Both the position numbers and the translations under genes were made by a program. Shown here one piece after another: positions 1-10,048 of a DNA stretch of 64,000 bases (its first letter is position 1; each line of letters begins with the position of its first letter). Below the pieces are notes generated by a model, which saw only the letters and a program-made list of their open reading frames with translations, did not search any database and was not told where the DNA came from. This DNA is from an uncultured Collinsella sp. (GTDB taxonomy: Bacteria; Actinomycetota; Coriobacteriia; Coriobacteriales; Coriobacteriaceae), in contig CABSYW010000010.1 of assembly GCA_902482035.1 (NCBI GenBank), positions 381 to 64,380 on the forward strand, given 5' to 3'.

Positions 1-1033
1 GCTGCTCGCTCTGGGCGCCATGGGTTCCACATTTCTGCGCAACGGCGGCCTGGTGTTTCCCCTGGCGGCATGCGTAATCGCGGCGGCGTTTTGCGTATGG
101 GACGTGCATGTGGCTCGTCGTGCAGCCAAGCAGACTGGTGCTGCGCCTTCGGGCGCCATCCCGCGTTTCCGCTGGGTTGGCGTTCTCGCGGTGCTCGCGC
201 TCTGCCTTGCCTCTAATATGTACTTCACCAAGGTCTTTATGCCGGCGCACGACATTACGCCCGGTTCCAAGCGCGAAATCCTCTCGATTCCGTTCCAGCA
301 GACGGCTCGTTTCGTCCAAAAGCACGACGGCCTCAACTCGGGCGTCAACCCTACGGTTAAGGAGGACGGCACCATCGTGGAGGCGCCCTGCGACGGTTTG
401 GTAACCGATGAGGAGCGCGCTGCGATCGATCGGGTGCTCAAGTACGAGAACCTGGGCCGCCGCTACAACCCCGACAAGTCCGATGCCGTCAAGAACTGCT
501 TTAACGAGTACGCCTCGCAGGAGGACATCGATGCCTATTTTGCGGTATGGGCCCAGATGTTTAAGAAGGATCCCGAGTGCTATATTTCGGCGCTTATCAA
601 TAACTACTATGGTTATTTTTATCCGAGCGCGCGCGATGCCTGGGTCTACAGCACGGCGCGTAGTGCCGAGATCATGGCGCGTCCCGACAACCTCAAGTAC
701 TTCGACTTCCATCCGGTTGACAGCAACGTGGTGCGCTGGTGCGACCACCTGATCAATCTGTACCGTGTAGCGGTGCAGCGCATCCCGTTTATTTCGCTCA
801 CCATGAGCTCGGCCACCTACGTGTGGATCATGGTCGCCGTGGTGGTCTACTTGCTGCGTCGTCATTCATGGCGTGCGCTGGCGATCTGGGTGCCGCTGTT
901 GGGCGTGCTCGCTGTGTGCCTGATTGGCCCGTGCAACGGCTCGACTTACATGCGCTACCTGTATCCGGTCATCGCCTGCATGCCCTTCGCCATCGGCGCC
1001 ACCGTCACCCGCAGCGACTTCTTCTGGTTCTAA
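1..1033 (+). CDS. 5'-truncated polytopic membrane protein, DUF6020-like (putative GT-C glycosyltransferase-like)
   Basis: ORF is open from the window edge; hydrophobic segments; motifs LRNGG, SIPFQQTAR and C-terminal GPCNGSTYMRYLYP resemble DUF6020 proteins. Confidence 0.55.
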   Translation, partial: LLALGAMGSTFLRNGGLVFPLAACVIAAAFCVWDVHVARRAAKQTGAAPSGAIPRFRWVGVLAVLALCLASNMYFTKVFMPAHDITPGSKREILSIPFQQTARFVQKHDGLNSGVNPTVKEDGTIVEAPCDGLVTDEERAAIDRVLKYENLGRRYNPDKSDAVKNCFNEYASQEDIDAYFAVWAQMFKKDPECYISALINNYYGYFYPSARDAWVYSTARSAEIMARPDNLKYFDFHPVDSNVVRWCDHLINLYRVAVQRIPFISLTMSSATYVWIMVAVVVYLLRRHSWRALAIWVPLLGVLAVCLIGPCNGSTYMRYLYPVIACMPFAIGATVTRSDFFWF

Positions 1034-1198
1034 TTTGGTGCATTGAGGGCCAGGTTTCTTTGCACCAAAGGGGACATCATCACGACGCCTTCATTTTGGG
1101 GTTTATCTCGCAGGCCAGTAGGTATATCATAACGACGTTTGTTTATATTGCCCGAGCATCTGCGCTGGGCTTTAGGTCGAAACCGATAGGAGACACGT

Positions 1199-2005
1199 AT
1201 GTCCGGACACTCTAAGTGGGCCACAACCAAGCATCGTAAGGGCGCGCAGGACGCCAAGCGTTCCGCCCTCTTCTCCAAGCTGAGCCGCAACATCACCGTT
1301 GCTGCCCGTCTCGGCGGCGACCCGCTGCCCGAGAACAACGCCAGCCTCGCCGCTGCCGTTGCCAAGGCCAAGGCTCAGTCCATGCCTAAGGACAAGATCA
1401 AGTCCGCTATCGACAAGGCATTTGGTTCGGGTGCTGACGCTGCCGTCTACGAGAACATCGTGTACGAGGGCTACGGTCCCGCCGGTGTCGCCGTCTACGT
1501 CGACTGCCTGACCGACAACCGCAACCGTACCGCCGCTGATGTCCGTTCCGCCTTCTCCCACGCTGGTGGCAACCTGGGCACCTCCGGCTCCGTCGCCTTC
1601 CAGTTTGAGCGCAAGGGCCAGATTGTCGTCGCCAAGGAGATCCTGGACGAGAACGCCAAGAAGGAGACCATGATCGCCAACGGTGCTGCCGGCGACGAGG
1701 ATGAGTTTATGATGGCGATCGCCGAGGCCGGTGGCGAGGACTACGAGGACGCCGGCGAGGAGTGGATCGTCTGGACTGCTGCCAACGACGTTATGGCTGT
1801 CTCCAAGGCGCTCGAGGAGCAGGGCGTCCAGGTCAAGGGCTCCGAGACCACCATGGTCCCGACCACCCCGACCGAGGTTTCTGGCGCCGACGCCAAGAAG
1901 GTTCAGCGTCTCATCGACCGTCTTGAGGAGCTCGACGACGTCCAGGATGTTTACAGCACCATGGACATGACCGACGAGGTCATCGCTGCCCTCGAGGAGG
2001 AGTAG
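1199..2005 (+). CDS. yebC: YebC/PmpR family protein
   Basis: MSGHSKWATTKHRK start, YEGYGPAG, TDNRNRT, DDVQDVYS; RBS AGGAGA. Confidence 0.95.
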   Translation: MSGHSKWATTKHRKGAQDAKRSALFSKLSRNITVAARLGGDPLPENNASLAAAVAKAKAQSMPKDKIKSAIDKAFGSGADAAVYENIVYEGYGPAGVAVYVDCLTDNRNRTAADVRSAFSHAGGNLGTSGSVAFQFERKGQIVVAKEILDENAKKETMIANGAAGDEDEFMMAIAEAGGEDYEDAGEEWIVWTAANDVMAVSKALEEQGVQVKGSETTMVPTTPTEVSGADAKKVQRLIDRLEELDDVQDVYSTMDMTDEVIAALEEE

Positions 2006-2171
2006 CGCCCGTACGGGTTAAGCCGTGCATATCTGGGCATAATGAAGCGAGCATGCAAGCCTCGTGGAATAGATAAGCCGGATCCGCGTGCGTAGAGCAC
2101 CGGACCCGGCTCTTTTATAATGATGCGAACTGTTTTGCATTTCGAGAGCCGAGATTTGAAAGGAGCGCCAC

Positions 2172-2717
2172 GTGCGCGTACTCAAACGAGCCCTAGCGAT
2201 CGTGTATCTTGCCGCCGCCATCGTGGCGCTGGGTACGCTTGTCTGCCAGTTTTGGGGGCCGTATACGTATCGCTTTATGCTGCTGATGCGCGACCCCATG
2301 CCGCGCATTGTCGTGACGGCATGCGGCGGAGTTGTGGCGATTGGCGTGCTGGTAAGCTTCTTCCGCCTGATGTTTGCTCGTCGCGAGCCGTCCTGCGTGC
2401 ATCCGGCGGGGGAGCGCAATATCGAGGTCACGCTCGCGGCGCTTTCTTCGTGCGCCAGGGCTGCTGCAGAGCGCGACGATCGCGTGATGATCGAGCATGT
2501 CGAGGCCCGCGTCCAAGGTTCCGACGATTCGCACGTCCGTTTTAAGGTCGAGGCTATCGCGCTTGACGATAAGGACGTGGCATCTCTGGCTACCGCGATG
2601 CAGCAGCGCATCGAGGAAGCTTGCGACACCATGCTCGGCACGCCGGGTACGACCACGCGCGTCCGTTTTTTGCCGTCCAAGTCTACCGTCCAGACCGTGG
2701 AGGTTTCCGGTGAGTGA
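2172..2717 (+). CDS. amaP: Alkaline shock response membrane anchor protein, AmaP-like
   Basis: Two N-terminal TM helices plus a soluble domain; first gene of the amaP-DUF2273-asp23 triplet; GTG start after AAGGAG. Confidence 0.65.
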   Translation: MRVLKRALAIVYLAAAIVALGTLVCQFWGPYTYRFMLLMRDPMPRIVVTACGGVVAIGVLVSFFRLMFARREPSCVHPAGERNIEVTLAALSSCARAAAERDDRVMIEHVEARVQGSDDSHVRFKVEAIALDDKDVASLATAMQQRIEEACDTMLGTPGTTTRVRFLPSKSTVQTVEVSGE

Positions 2718-3087
2718 TACCAATCAAGATAAGACCGCTCGTACGCCGCGCCTGACGATTGACCAGAGCGCCACGCCGGCGAGCGAACCTGTTGATTCCA
2801 AAGCAGAGGCAACTGAGTTACAAGACGCGGCGGCCGCGGATTTTGACGAGGCTATGGGTCTCATCAAGGGTACGGGCGCTGCCATCTGGAGCTATGCTGT
2901 GCGTCATCCCAACACCACGCTCGGTGCCGTCGCTGGCTTTATCCTTGCCGTGTTGGTGCTCACGCTCGGCCTGTGGGACACGCTCGTCATTGCATTCTTC
3001 GTGCTGATCGGCGCCGTGATCGGCCAAATTCGCGACGGCGAAAACGGGATCGTCAACTTCTTCGGCCGTCTGTTTAGCGGCCGCTAA
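2710..3087 (+). CDS. DUF2273 small membrane protein
   Basis: GTG at 2710 overlaps the upstream stop; C-terminal GAVAGFILAVLVLTLGLWDTLVIAFFVLIGAVIG is typical of DUF2273; lies between amaP and asp23. Confidence 0.7.
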   Translation: MSDTNQDKTARTPRLTIDQSATPASEPVDSKAEATELQDAAAADFDEAMGLIKGTGAAIWSYAVRHPNTTLGAVAGFILAVLVLTLGLWDTLVIAFFVLIGAVIGQIRDGENGIVNFFGRLFSGR

Positions 3088-3131
3088 TACGTATTCGACT
3101 GTCGCATCCGCGGCAGGCATAAGGAGGAACC

Positions 3132-3653
3132 ATGGCTTTTAATACGAAGGTCGATGTGGCCGATACCGAGCTCGAGGCAGACGAGACCGTCACCGCCGAG
3201 GCCGAGGACGTAACGCTCGAGGACGAGGCGCTCGTCGAGGCCGAGCCCGCCGATGATGCGGACGAGGATGATGAGGAAACAGACGAGTCCGAGGACTCGC
3301 TGACCTATTCCAACGGTGTGATCGAGAAGATCGTTGCCATGGCCACCCGCGAGGTTCCGCACGTTCTGGGCATGAAGGGTAACCTCATGCACTTTGTGCA
3401 GGAGCAGTTTGGTGCCGAGAATCTGACCAAGGGCGTGACGGTCGAGGTCACCGATGACAATCGCGTGGTCGTCAACATCTCCGTCATTATCGAGTACGGC
3501 GCCTATGCGCCCGCGATCTTCGACGATGTCAAGGCGCGTGTCACCGAGCGCCTTGCCGCGATGACCGGCCTTGAGGTGGCGGGCGTCAACCTGCGCATCG
3601 AGGACGTCATCACCCCCGAGGAGTACGAGCACCGCACCAGCCAGCACGAGTAA
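3132..3653 (+). CDS. asp23: Asp23/Gls24 family envelope stress protein with acidic N-terminal extension
   Basis: VIEKIVAMATREVPHVL, GVTVEV, MTGLEVAGVNLRIEDV; RBS AAGGAGG. Confidence 0.85.
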   Translation: MAFNTKVDVADTELEADETVTAEAEDVTLEDEALVEAEPADDADEDDEETDESEDSLTYSNGVIEKIVAMATREVPHVLGMKGNLMHFVQEQFGAENLTKGVTVEVTDDNRVVVNISVIIEYGAYAPAIFDDVKARVTERLAAMTGLEVAGVNLRIEDVITPEEYEHRTSQHE

Positions 3654-3703
3654 CCTTCCAAAAAGGGACAGGTTTGTTTTGGCAGGTTTTATCTGCGAAA
3701 ACG
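3651..3703. repeat. REP-like palindrome, copy A (50/53 identical to 29488-29540)
   Basis: TAACCTTCCAAAAAGGGACAGGTTTGTTTTGGCAGGTTTTATCTGCGAAAACG, starting at the stop codon. Confidence 0.85.
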
Positions 3704-3861
3704 TTAAACGGCCGACCGCGCAAGCAAAAGCGTGGCCGGCCGTTATTTGTATGCCCCCCGATGTAGGCATACCGCTCGTCTAACTAGGGGTTGCAATCGT
3801 CGCGTTCCGCGTTACCCTAATGGGCGCATTGTTTCCAAATTGTTAACGAGGGGTTGCCGTA

Positions 3862-4884
3862 ATGGCCGACGAGCACGAAACAGAAAGCAAGGCATGGGCG
3901 ATTGAGGCCGCCGCGGCAGAGGCGGCATCGTGTGCTGCCGAGGAGATGCATCGTCCTCCCGTAGTGCCGATGGAGCGCGTGGTCGATCGCACCGATATCG
4001 AGCGCGGCGAGCGTGCCGGCCAAAAGCGCAGCCAGGAGCCAGGCTTCCCGCGCTTTTTTGCCGAGCTCAATCTGGGTCTGATTCTTACGGCCTTTGCCAT
4101 CGTTGCGTTTAAAACCCCTAATCACTTTGCTTTTGGCGGCACCTCGGGCATGTCGGTCATTCTGTCCACGCTGTTCCCGACTCTGCCCGTCGGCGTCTTT
4201 ATGTGGATTATCAACGCGGTTCTCGTCGTTTTGGGCTTTATCTTTTTGGAGCGCAAGGCGATTCTTTGGAGCGTCTTCGCCTCGTTTGCGCTGTCCGCCT
4301 ACGTCTCGCTGTTTGAGCTCTTCATTCCGACCGATGTCTCTCTGACGGGTGATATGTGGCTCGACCTGTGCTTTGCCGTCATCTTGCCGGCGCTCGGCAG
4401 TGCCATCGTCTTTGACATCGGCGCCTCGACGGGTGGCACGGACATTCTCGCTATGATCCTCAAACGCCGCACCACGCTCGAGATTGGCCGCGCCCTGCTA
4501 CTGGTCGATATCGGCATCGTGACCATCGCGGCCTTTTTGTATGGCCCGCGTGTCGGTCTGTATTGCGTGCTCGGCCTGTTTGCCAAGACGCTTGTGGTCG
4601 ACAAAGCCATTGAGAGCATCCATCTTCGTAAGGTCTGCACGGTCATTTGCTCCGAACCCCTTAAGGTCGAGGAGTTTATCGTCAAGCATCTCAACCGTAC
4701 GGCGACCATCAGTCGCGGCTACGGTGCCTTCTCGGGCAAGTGCGTGACGGTGATCATGAGCGTGCTGAGCCGTCGCGAGGCCGTGCAGCTGCGCCGCTAT
4801 GCGCGCGAAGTCGATCCGGGTGCCTTTATCACGATCGTCGACAGCTCCGAGATCGTCGGCAAGGGTTTCCGCGGCACGAACTAG
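3862..4884 (+). CDS. YitT family membrane protein (DUF2179 C-terminus)
   Basis: GGTSG, GASTGGTDILA, DPGAFITIVDSSEIVGKGF. Confidence 0.85.
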   Translation: MADEHETESKAWAIEAAAAEAASCAAEEMHRPPVVPMERVVDRTDIERGERAGQKRSQEPGFPRFFAELNLGLILTAFAIVAFKTPNHFAFGGTSGMSVILSTLFPTLPVGVFMWIINAVLVVLGFIFLERKAILWSVFASFALSAYVSLFELFIPTDVSLTGDMWLDLCFAVILPALGSAIVFDIGASTGGTDILAMILKRRTTLEIGRALLLVDIGIVTIAAFLYGPRVGLYCVLGLFAKTLVVDKAIESIHLRKVCTVICSEPLKVEEFIVKHLNRTATISRGYGAFSGKCVTVIMSVLSRREAVQLRRYAREVDPGAFITIVDSSEIVGKGFRGTN

Positions 4885-5033
4885 CGCGGACACGCTCATC
4901 AAACAATCGAAAAGCGCCTTGCGCGTTGCAAATACGTCATCTAAGAGTATTTGTCCTCACATTGGGTGATAATGATGCCAAAGACATCGTTTGCGATCCA
5001 GGTGATTCGCTCTAGATGCGAAGGGATGATTCT

Positions 5034-6341
5034 ATGTTCTGCTCGCAGTGTGGCGCCCCCATGGGCGATAACGACAAGTTCTGCGGCGTGTGTGGTGCTC
5101 CTAATGCCGCTGGCCCCGCTCCCCAGGGACAGCCTCAGCCCCAGCAGTTTGTTCCGCAACCGCCCGTGGCGAATGCGCCAAAGGGCTGTGTGGCTCAGGC
5201 GTTCCAAGATATGACCAAGACTCCGGGTGTGCTTCAGCGTGTATGCCAAATCGCGTTTTTGCCGGCGCTTATCTGTGTCGTGTCGGTACTCGTTCTGTTC
5301 ATCCCCGTTATCGGCGGTATTGCAGCTGCCATCGGCTTTTTGGCTGCCTACGTGGCGAGCGTGTGCAGTTCGGGCTTTGGCATCGAGTGGGGTCGCGATC
5401 TGTCGCTTAAGATCGATGACGGCATGGAGCGTCCGTTGATGCGTTCCACGTCGTTTGGCCTCGGAGTCTTTTCGAGCGTTATTTCGGTCGTGCTCGAGGT
5501 TATCGCTGTCATTCCCGTGATCGGTGTAGTGCTTTCGCTGGTGGAGGGCGTGGTAATTGGCGCTGCGGGCTCGTATTCTTATTACGGCTCTTATGCGCTC
5601 GAGGCTGCGCTGTTTGGCTCGCTTGGCTTGCTCGTTCTGGCTATGATTGCCACGGCGGTCCTGGGGGTCTTCTTTAAGATGTTCGCCGACATTGCCGTGA
5701 TGCACTTTGCGGTGACCGGTCGCGTCGAGAGCGCGTTTTCGCTCGATAAGGTCTGGGCGGCGTTTAAGCACAACAAGACCAAGCTGTTCTGTGCTTCGTT
5801 CCTTCCCGAGTTTTTGACGGGCCTGGTCGCCAACGTTGTCACATGGATCTTGACGGTCGTCTTTGGCGCCATTGCCTCTGTCGGTATGTATAGCTACTAC
5901 TATCGTCCTACGGGTATTGAGGCAATTGTTACCGGCGGTGGCGTCACGCTCGCGCTGTTCTTGGTGCTGGTCGCTTTTGTCACCGTATTTCTTACGGTCT
6001 TTGGCAAGATACTCAAGCACCGTGCCGTTGGCTATTGGGCCGCACGCTATGCAAGCGAGTGGGCCGATGAGGATAAGGACGACGTCCTGACTTTTGTGTT
6101 GCCCTTCGAGAAGAAGTCCGCTCCCTCGGGTTACAGCGCTCCGGATGCCGAGCCCGCACCTGAGTCCGAGCCCAAGCCTGAGCCGGCACCTGCACCCGCT
6201 CCCGCGACCGAGCCTGAGCCGGCGCCCGAGTCTGAGACGGCATCTGAGCCCGAGCCTGCGCCTGAGCCTGAGCCTGAGCCGGCACCTGCACCTGAGTCGG
6301 CGTCCGAGCCAAGCTCCGACGAGGAACCTCAGGACGAGTAG
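5034..6341 (+). CDS. Zinc-ribbon/DUF4013-like membrane protein with Pro/Glu-rich tail
   Basis: MFCSQCG...KFCGVCG zinc ribbon, several TM helices, (PE/PA)n tail. Confidence 0.7.
   Translation: MFCSQCGAPMGDNDKFCGVCGAPNAAGPAPQGQPQPQQFVPQPPVANAPKGCVAQAFQDMTKTPGVLQRVCQIAFLPALICVVSVLVLFIPVIGGIAAAIGFLAAYVASVCSSGFGIEWGRDLSLKIDDGMERPLMRSTSFGLGVFSSVISVVLEVIAVIPVIGVVLSLVEGVVIGAAGSYSYYGSYALEAALFGSLGLLVLAMIATAVLGVFFKMFADIAVMHFAVTGRVESAFSLDKVWAAFKHNKTKLFCASFLPEFLTGLVANVVTWILTVVFGAIASVGMYSYYYRPTGIEAIVTGGGVTLALFLVLVAFVTVFLTVFGKILKHRAVGYWAARYASEWADEDKDDVLTFVLPFEKKSAPSGYSAPDAEPAPESEPKPEPAPAPAPATEPEPAPESETASEPEPAPEPEPEPAPAPESASEPSSDEEPQDE
6145..6310 (+). repeat. Coding hexamer tandem repeat (CCTGAG/CCCGAG) encoding a PE/PA linker
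   Basis: cctgagcctgagcctgagccggcacctgcacctgag and variants. Confidence 0.8.
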
Positions 6342-6400
6342 CCATGCCGTCTGCCATTTGGGGACGGGGTAGAAATAGTAGAAATAGCGCTTGAAGAATG

Positions 6401-6438
6401 AGCGGGGGCGGACGTGTCGAAACGTCCGCCCCCGCTTT
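6401..6438. terminator. Probable bidirectional intrinsic terminator between convergent genes
   Basis: AGCGGGGGCGGACGT...ACGTCCGCCCCCGCT hairpin followed by TT. Confidence 0.65.
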
Positions 6439-6481
6439 GACATCGCGATGTGGCTATGACTGCGAGATGCCAGCGAATCGA

Positions 6482-7945
6482 CTACTCGTCGTGCTTCTCC
6501 TCGCGGCGTGCAGCAGCGCGTGCGTCGTGGATGCCCTTGATCGCGGCATGGCGAGCCGTTCGGGCATCATGGATGGCGTCGCGAGCCTCGGCGGTCGTCG
6601 CCTTGGCAGAGCGCAACTTGGCGGCCAGATCGGGGTTGGTTTCGGCGACCGCGGTAATCGCGGGGCCGTCGAGCTCCTCTTGCGTGGGCTCGGCCAAAAA
6701 GTCGATAGCATACTGGGCGGCCACCATGGAGCCCTTTGCCAGCACGGTCTCGTCGATCTTGTAGAAGCAGGAATGTTGGGCGTACGTGGCGCCAATCTTG
6801 GGGTTGCGCGTACCTACAAAGGCGAGCACGCCCGGTACGCGACGCAGGTACTCCGAAAAATCCTCGCCCGAAAGCGTGCCGCGATAATGGCCTTGGCCGG
6901 TGGGGCCCAGGCACTTGATTACAGCCTGACGGCAGCGCTCGCTCGAGGCGGCGTCGTTTTCGACCTTGTAGTTGGCGATGGTGTAGTCGGTGAGCTCTGC
7001 CTCGGCGCCCAAGGCGGCCGCAGTATGCTCCACGATGCGGCGCATAAGCTCCGGCATTTCCTCGTGGGTCGAATCGCCGTAGGTGCGCACTGTGCCGGCG
7101 AGGTAGGCCGTGCCGGCGATAACGTTGCGCGCGGTGCCGCCGTGCAGCTCGCCGACGGTGATGACGGCCGGCTCGTAGGGGCTGATTTCGCGCGAAACGA
7201 TGGTTTGCAGGGCGTTGACGATCTCGGCGGCAACCATGACGGCGTCGTGACCTCGCTGGGGCATGGCGCCATGGCACGAGGTGCCGCGGACGTCGATGCG
7301 GAACCAGTCGGTATTGGCCATGCGCGGACCGGGCTCGCAGCTCACGGTGCCGGCGTCGACCTCACTCCAGATGTGCGCGGCGTAGGCGCCATCGACGCCG
7401 TCGAGCACACCCGTGCCGATCATGAGCTTAGCGCCCTGGCCGTTTTCCTCGCTGGGCTGGAATACGATGCGGACTTCGCCGTGGATGTCGTCGGTCATAT
7501 GGCGCAGGATTTGCAGCGTTCCGAGCATCATGGCGATATGGCAGTCGTGGCCGCAGGCGTGCATGCAGCCCTCGTTGACGCTGGCGAACTCCTCGCCGGT
7601 CTGCTCGGTGACGGGCAGGGCATCGATGTCGGCGCGCAGCAGGATGCGGCGGCGTGGCGTGCCGTCCTCGCGGTAGGCATCCGGCGCGGTGCCGCGAAGG
7701 GTCGCCACAAGGCCCGTCTTAAGGGGACGCTCGTAGGGGATATTCATGGCGTCGAGCTGGTTGGCGATGTCGGAGGTTGTGCGCTCCTCGGCGAGGCTCA
7801 GCTCCGGGTGCTTATGGAAGTGGCGGCGCTGCTTGATGATGTAGGGTTCAAACTCGGTAGCGATATCTTGGATGGCTGCGGTGACGTCATCAGCCGCGCG
7901 AGCCTCGGTCGCCGCCATAATCTGCTGTGCCTTGGTCTTCGTCAT
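6482..7945 (-). CDS. M20 family amidohydrolase (aminoacylase/hippuricase-like)
   Basis: RRHFHKHPELS, LRADIDALP, MHACGHDCH, FQPSEE, GEDFS. Confidence 0.9.
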   Translation of the reverse strand: MTKTKAQQIMAATEARAADDVTAAIQDIATEFEPYIIKQRRHFHKHPELSLAEERTTSDIANQLDAMNIPYERPLKTGLVATLRGTAPDAYREDGTPRRRILLRADIDALPVTEQTGEEFASVNEGCMHACGHDCHIAMMLGTLQILRHMTDDIHGEVRIVFQPSEENGQGAKLMIGTGVLDGVDGAYAAHIWSEVDAGTVSCEPGPRMANTDWFRIDVRGTSCHGAMPQRGHDAVMVAAEIVNALQTIVSREISPYEPAVITVGELHGGTARNVIAGTAYLAGTVRTYGDSTHEEMPELMRRIVEHTAAALGAEAELTDYTIANYKVENDAASSERCRQAVIKCLGPTGQGHYRGTLSGEDFSEYLRRVPGVLAFVGTRNPKIGATYAQHSCFYKIDETVLAKGSMVAAQYAIDFLAEPTQEELDGPAITAVAETNPDLAAKLRSAKATTAEARDAIHDARTARHAAIKGIHDARAAARREEKHDE

Positions 7946-8111
7946 GGTCGATTTGCTCCTTGCTGGTTTTTGCAAAATCGTACAGGCTCTCTCCAGTATG
8001 CCACCTGCCGCTAGGGCCGGTAAAGTTGCCGTTTGCCGCTTGGGGTTTTGTTACAAGGGCGGGGGAGTACACTCGGGGGTGTTGAATTTCCTGCCAGAGA
8101 TGGGGATGCCC

Positions 8112-9749
8112 ATGCAACATATCGATCGGATTATCCGCTCCAAGAACGTCTTTACCGCGCAAGACGGCATCGATACCGCCCGCGAGCTGGCGATTGCCAT
8201 CGCAGGCGACCGTATCGTCGCAGTCGGTGCGCCCGATGACGTGATAGCCGCCGCGCCTGCCGCCACGCCGGTTATCGACTACGGCGAGCAGTTTGTCTGC
8301 CCCGGTTTCCATGACGCTCATCTGCACTTCTTCCATACCTCGGTCGGTTCCTCACCGTACATGCTCATGGATATGGGCACGTCCGAGGCGGCGCTGGTGC
8401 AACATGCGCTCGAGTTTTCCCAGGATCTGCCTAGTGACGCTTGGGTTGTGACGCAGGGCTGGCGCGACTACCGTTGGGACCCGCCCGAGCATCCTACCAA
8501 GGCGTCGCTCGATGTGGCATTCCCCGATCGTCCCTGTGTTATGTATTCGGGCGACGGGCACACGCTGTGGCTCAACAGCCGCGCACTCGATGCACTCGGC
8601 GTCACGCGCGACAGCGAGCCACCAGCGGGCGGTAGCTACGACAAGGACGCAAACGGCGAGCTCACGGGTATCGCTCACGAGGCGGCTGCCATGCAGCTGC
8701 TGCCGCGCTGCCTTGAGTGGCTGGGGGAGGATCGCATCGCAAGCGCTTACGCCGATCAAATGAGGCGGATGGCCGAGCAGGGCATCACCTCGATATGCGA
8801 TATGTCGCTCATGCCCATGCCGGGCTGCGATTTTATCCGCGACGACGTCTACGACAAACTGCAGGCAGCCGGCAAGTTGGGCATCCGAGCCCATTTGTTT
8901 CCCACGCTGCTGGATGACCAATCGCGCCTGGAAGAGCTGCAGGCACGTTACGCGAACAACGCGCTGCTCTCGGCGCCAGGCTTTAAGCAGTTCTTCGACG
9001 GTGTGTCGAGCGAACACACGGCCTATCTCACCGAGCCCTATACCAACCCGCGCTTCCCGGGCGATCAGGGCCGTCTGACGGTTCCGGCTGAGCGCATGCG
9101 CAAACTGGTTCTGGCGGCCGCGGAGCGCGGTCACACCGTGCGCATCCACGTCATTGGTGACGGTGCGATTCATGCCGCGCTGGATATCTTCGAGGAGGCC
9201 GCCGACCTGTACGGCCTGCCCCAGCACGGCCATAACACGCTCGAGCACCTGGAGAACCTCTTGCCCGAGGACATCGATCGTCTACGCAAGCTTAACGTCG
9301 TTGCCTCGAGCCAGCCCTGTCACATTACACTCGACCCGGGCGGCCCCGAGCGCGATCTGGGCCTGGAACGCAGCCGCATCATGTGGCCGTTTGCGACCTA
9401 TAGGCAGCGCGGCATTCGCCAAGCCTTCGGTACCGACAGCCCTATCACGCCCGTTACCAGCATGAACGTGCTCTACACGGCTATCACGCGCCAGGACCCC
9501 AAGAGCCACTGGCCCGAGGGCGGCTGGTTACCGAGCGAGCGTATCGATGCGGCAACAGCTCTGCGCAACTACACCCTGGGTAGCGCCTATGCGGCAGGCG
9601 ACGAGCAAAACCTCGGCAGCTTGGAGCCAGGCAAATACGCCGACCTGGTAGTCCTGGACCAAAACCCGCTCACCATCGACCCCCAAGAGCTCCAGGCCAC
9701 CAAGGTTCAGGCTACCTACCTGGCAGGTAACTTGATCTACGAGCGCTAG
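8112..9749 (+). CDS. Amidohydrolase_3 family metal-dependent hydrolase (YtcJ-like)
   Basis: PGFHDAHLH, KQFFDG, IHVIGD, LEHLE, FGTDSP, GSLEPGKYADLVVLD. Confidence 0.9.
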   Translation: MQHIDRIIRSKNVFTAQDGIDTARELAIAIAGDRIVAVGAPDDVIAAAPAATPVIDYGEQFVCPGFHDAHLHFFHTSVGSSPYMLMDMGTSEAALVQHALEFSQDLPSDAWVVTQGWRDYRWDPPEHPTKASLDVAFPDRPCVMYSGDGHTLWLNSRALDALGVTRDSEPPAGGSYDKDANGELTGIAHEAAAMQLLPRCLEWLGEDRIASAYADQMRRMAEQGITSICDMSLMPMPGCDFIRDDVYDKLQAAGKLGIRAHLFPTLLDDQSRLEELQARYANNALLSAPGFKQFFDGVSSEHTAYLTEPYTNPRFPGDQGRLTVPAERMRKLVLAAAERGHTVRIHVIGDGAIHAALDIFEEAADLYGLPQHGHNTLEHLENLLPEDIDRLRKLNVVASSQPCHITLDPGGPERDLGLERSRIMWPFATYRQRGIRQAFGTDSPITPVTSMNVLYTAITRQDPKSHWPEGGWLPSERIDAATALRNYTLGSAYAAGDEQNLGSLEPGKYADLVVLDQNPLTIDPQELQATKVQATYLAGNLIYER

Positions 9750-9837
9750 CCCCATACCCCACCCATAAGGGGCACGTTTCAGCAACGTACCCCTTTCTTG
9801 TTCGCACCATCTGCATCGCCATTTTGCTGCACTGACT

Positions 9838-10048
9838 TTTTCTGAATGCCGGACCCGAATTAGTTAACCAAGCTCCCGTGTGGCTGCGGAGGGGCGGGGC
9901 ATAAGGTTTATCGCGAGTTCCGCACGAGCCGAAGGCCACTTAATGTGGCCTTCGTGCGAGCAGGACTGCCCGAGCAGGAAACCTTATGCCCCGCCCCTCC
10001 GCAGCCACACGGGAGCCACCGCTAAGTTATCCCCCGGCATTCAGAAAA
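9838..10048. repeat. Long nested inverted repeat (~210 nt)
   Basis: 15-bp outer arms (9838-9852/10034-10048), perfect 38-bp arms (9872-9909/9979-10016), central GAAGGCCAC-TTAAT-GTGGCCTTC hairpin. Confidence 0.85.

Noticed and set aside
7872..8111. N-terminal extensions in the ORF track (amidohydrolase, groEL, argB, asnB, murE, mntP, tatA, pepD)
   Set aside because: Upstream starts lack an RBS or overlap riboswitches, tRNAs or other genes; downstream starts match the family N-termini
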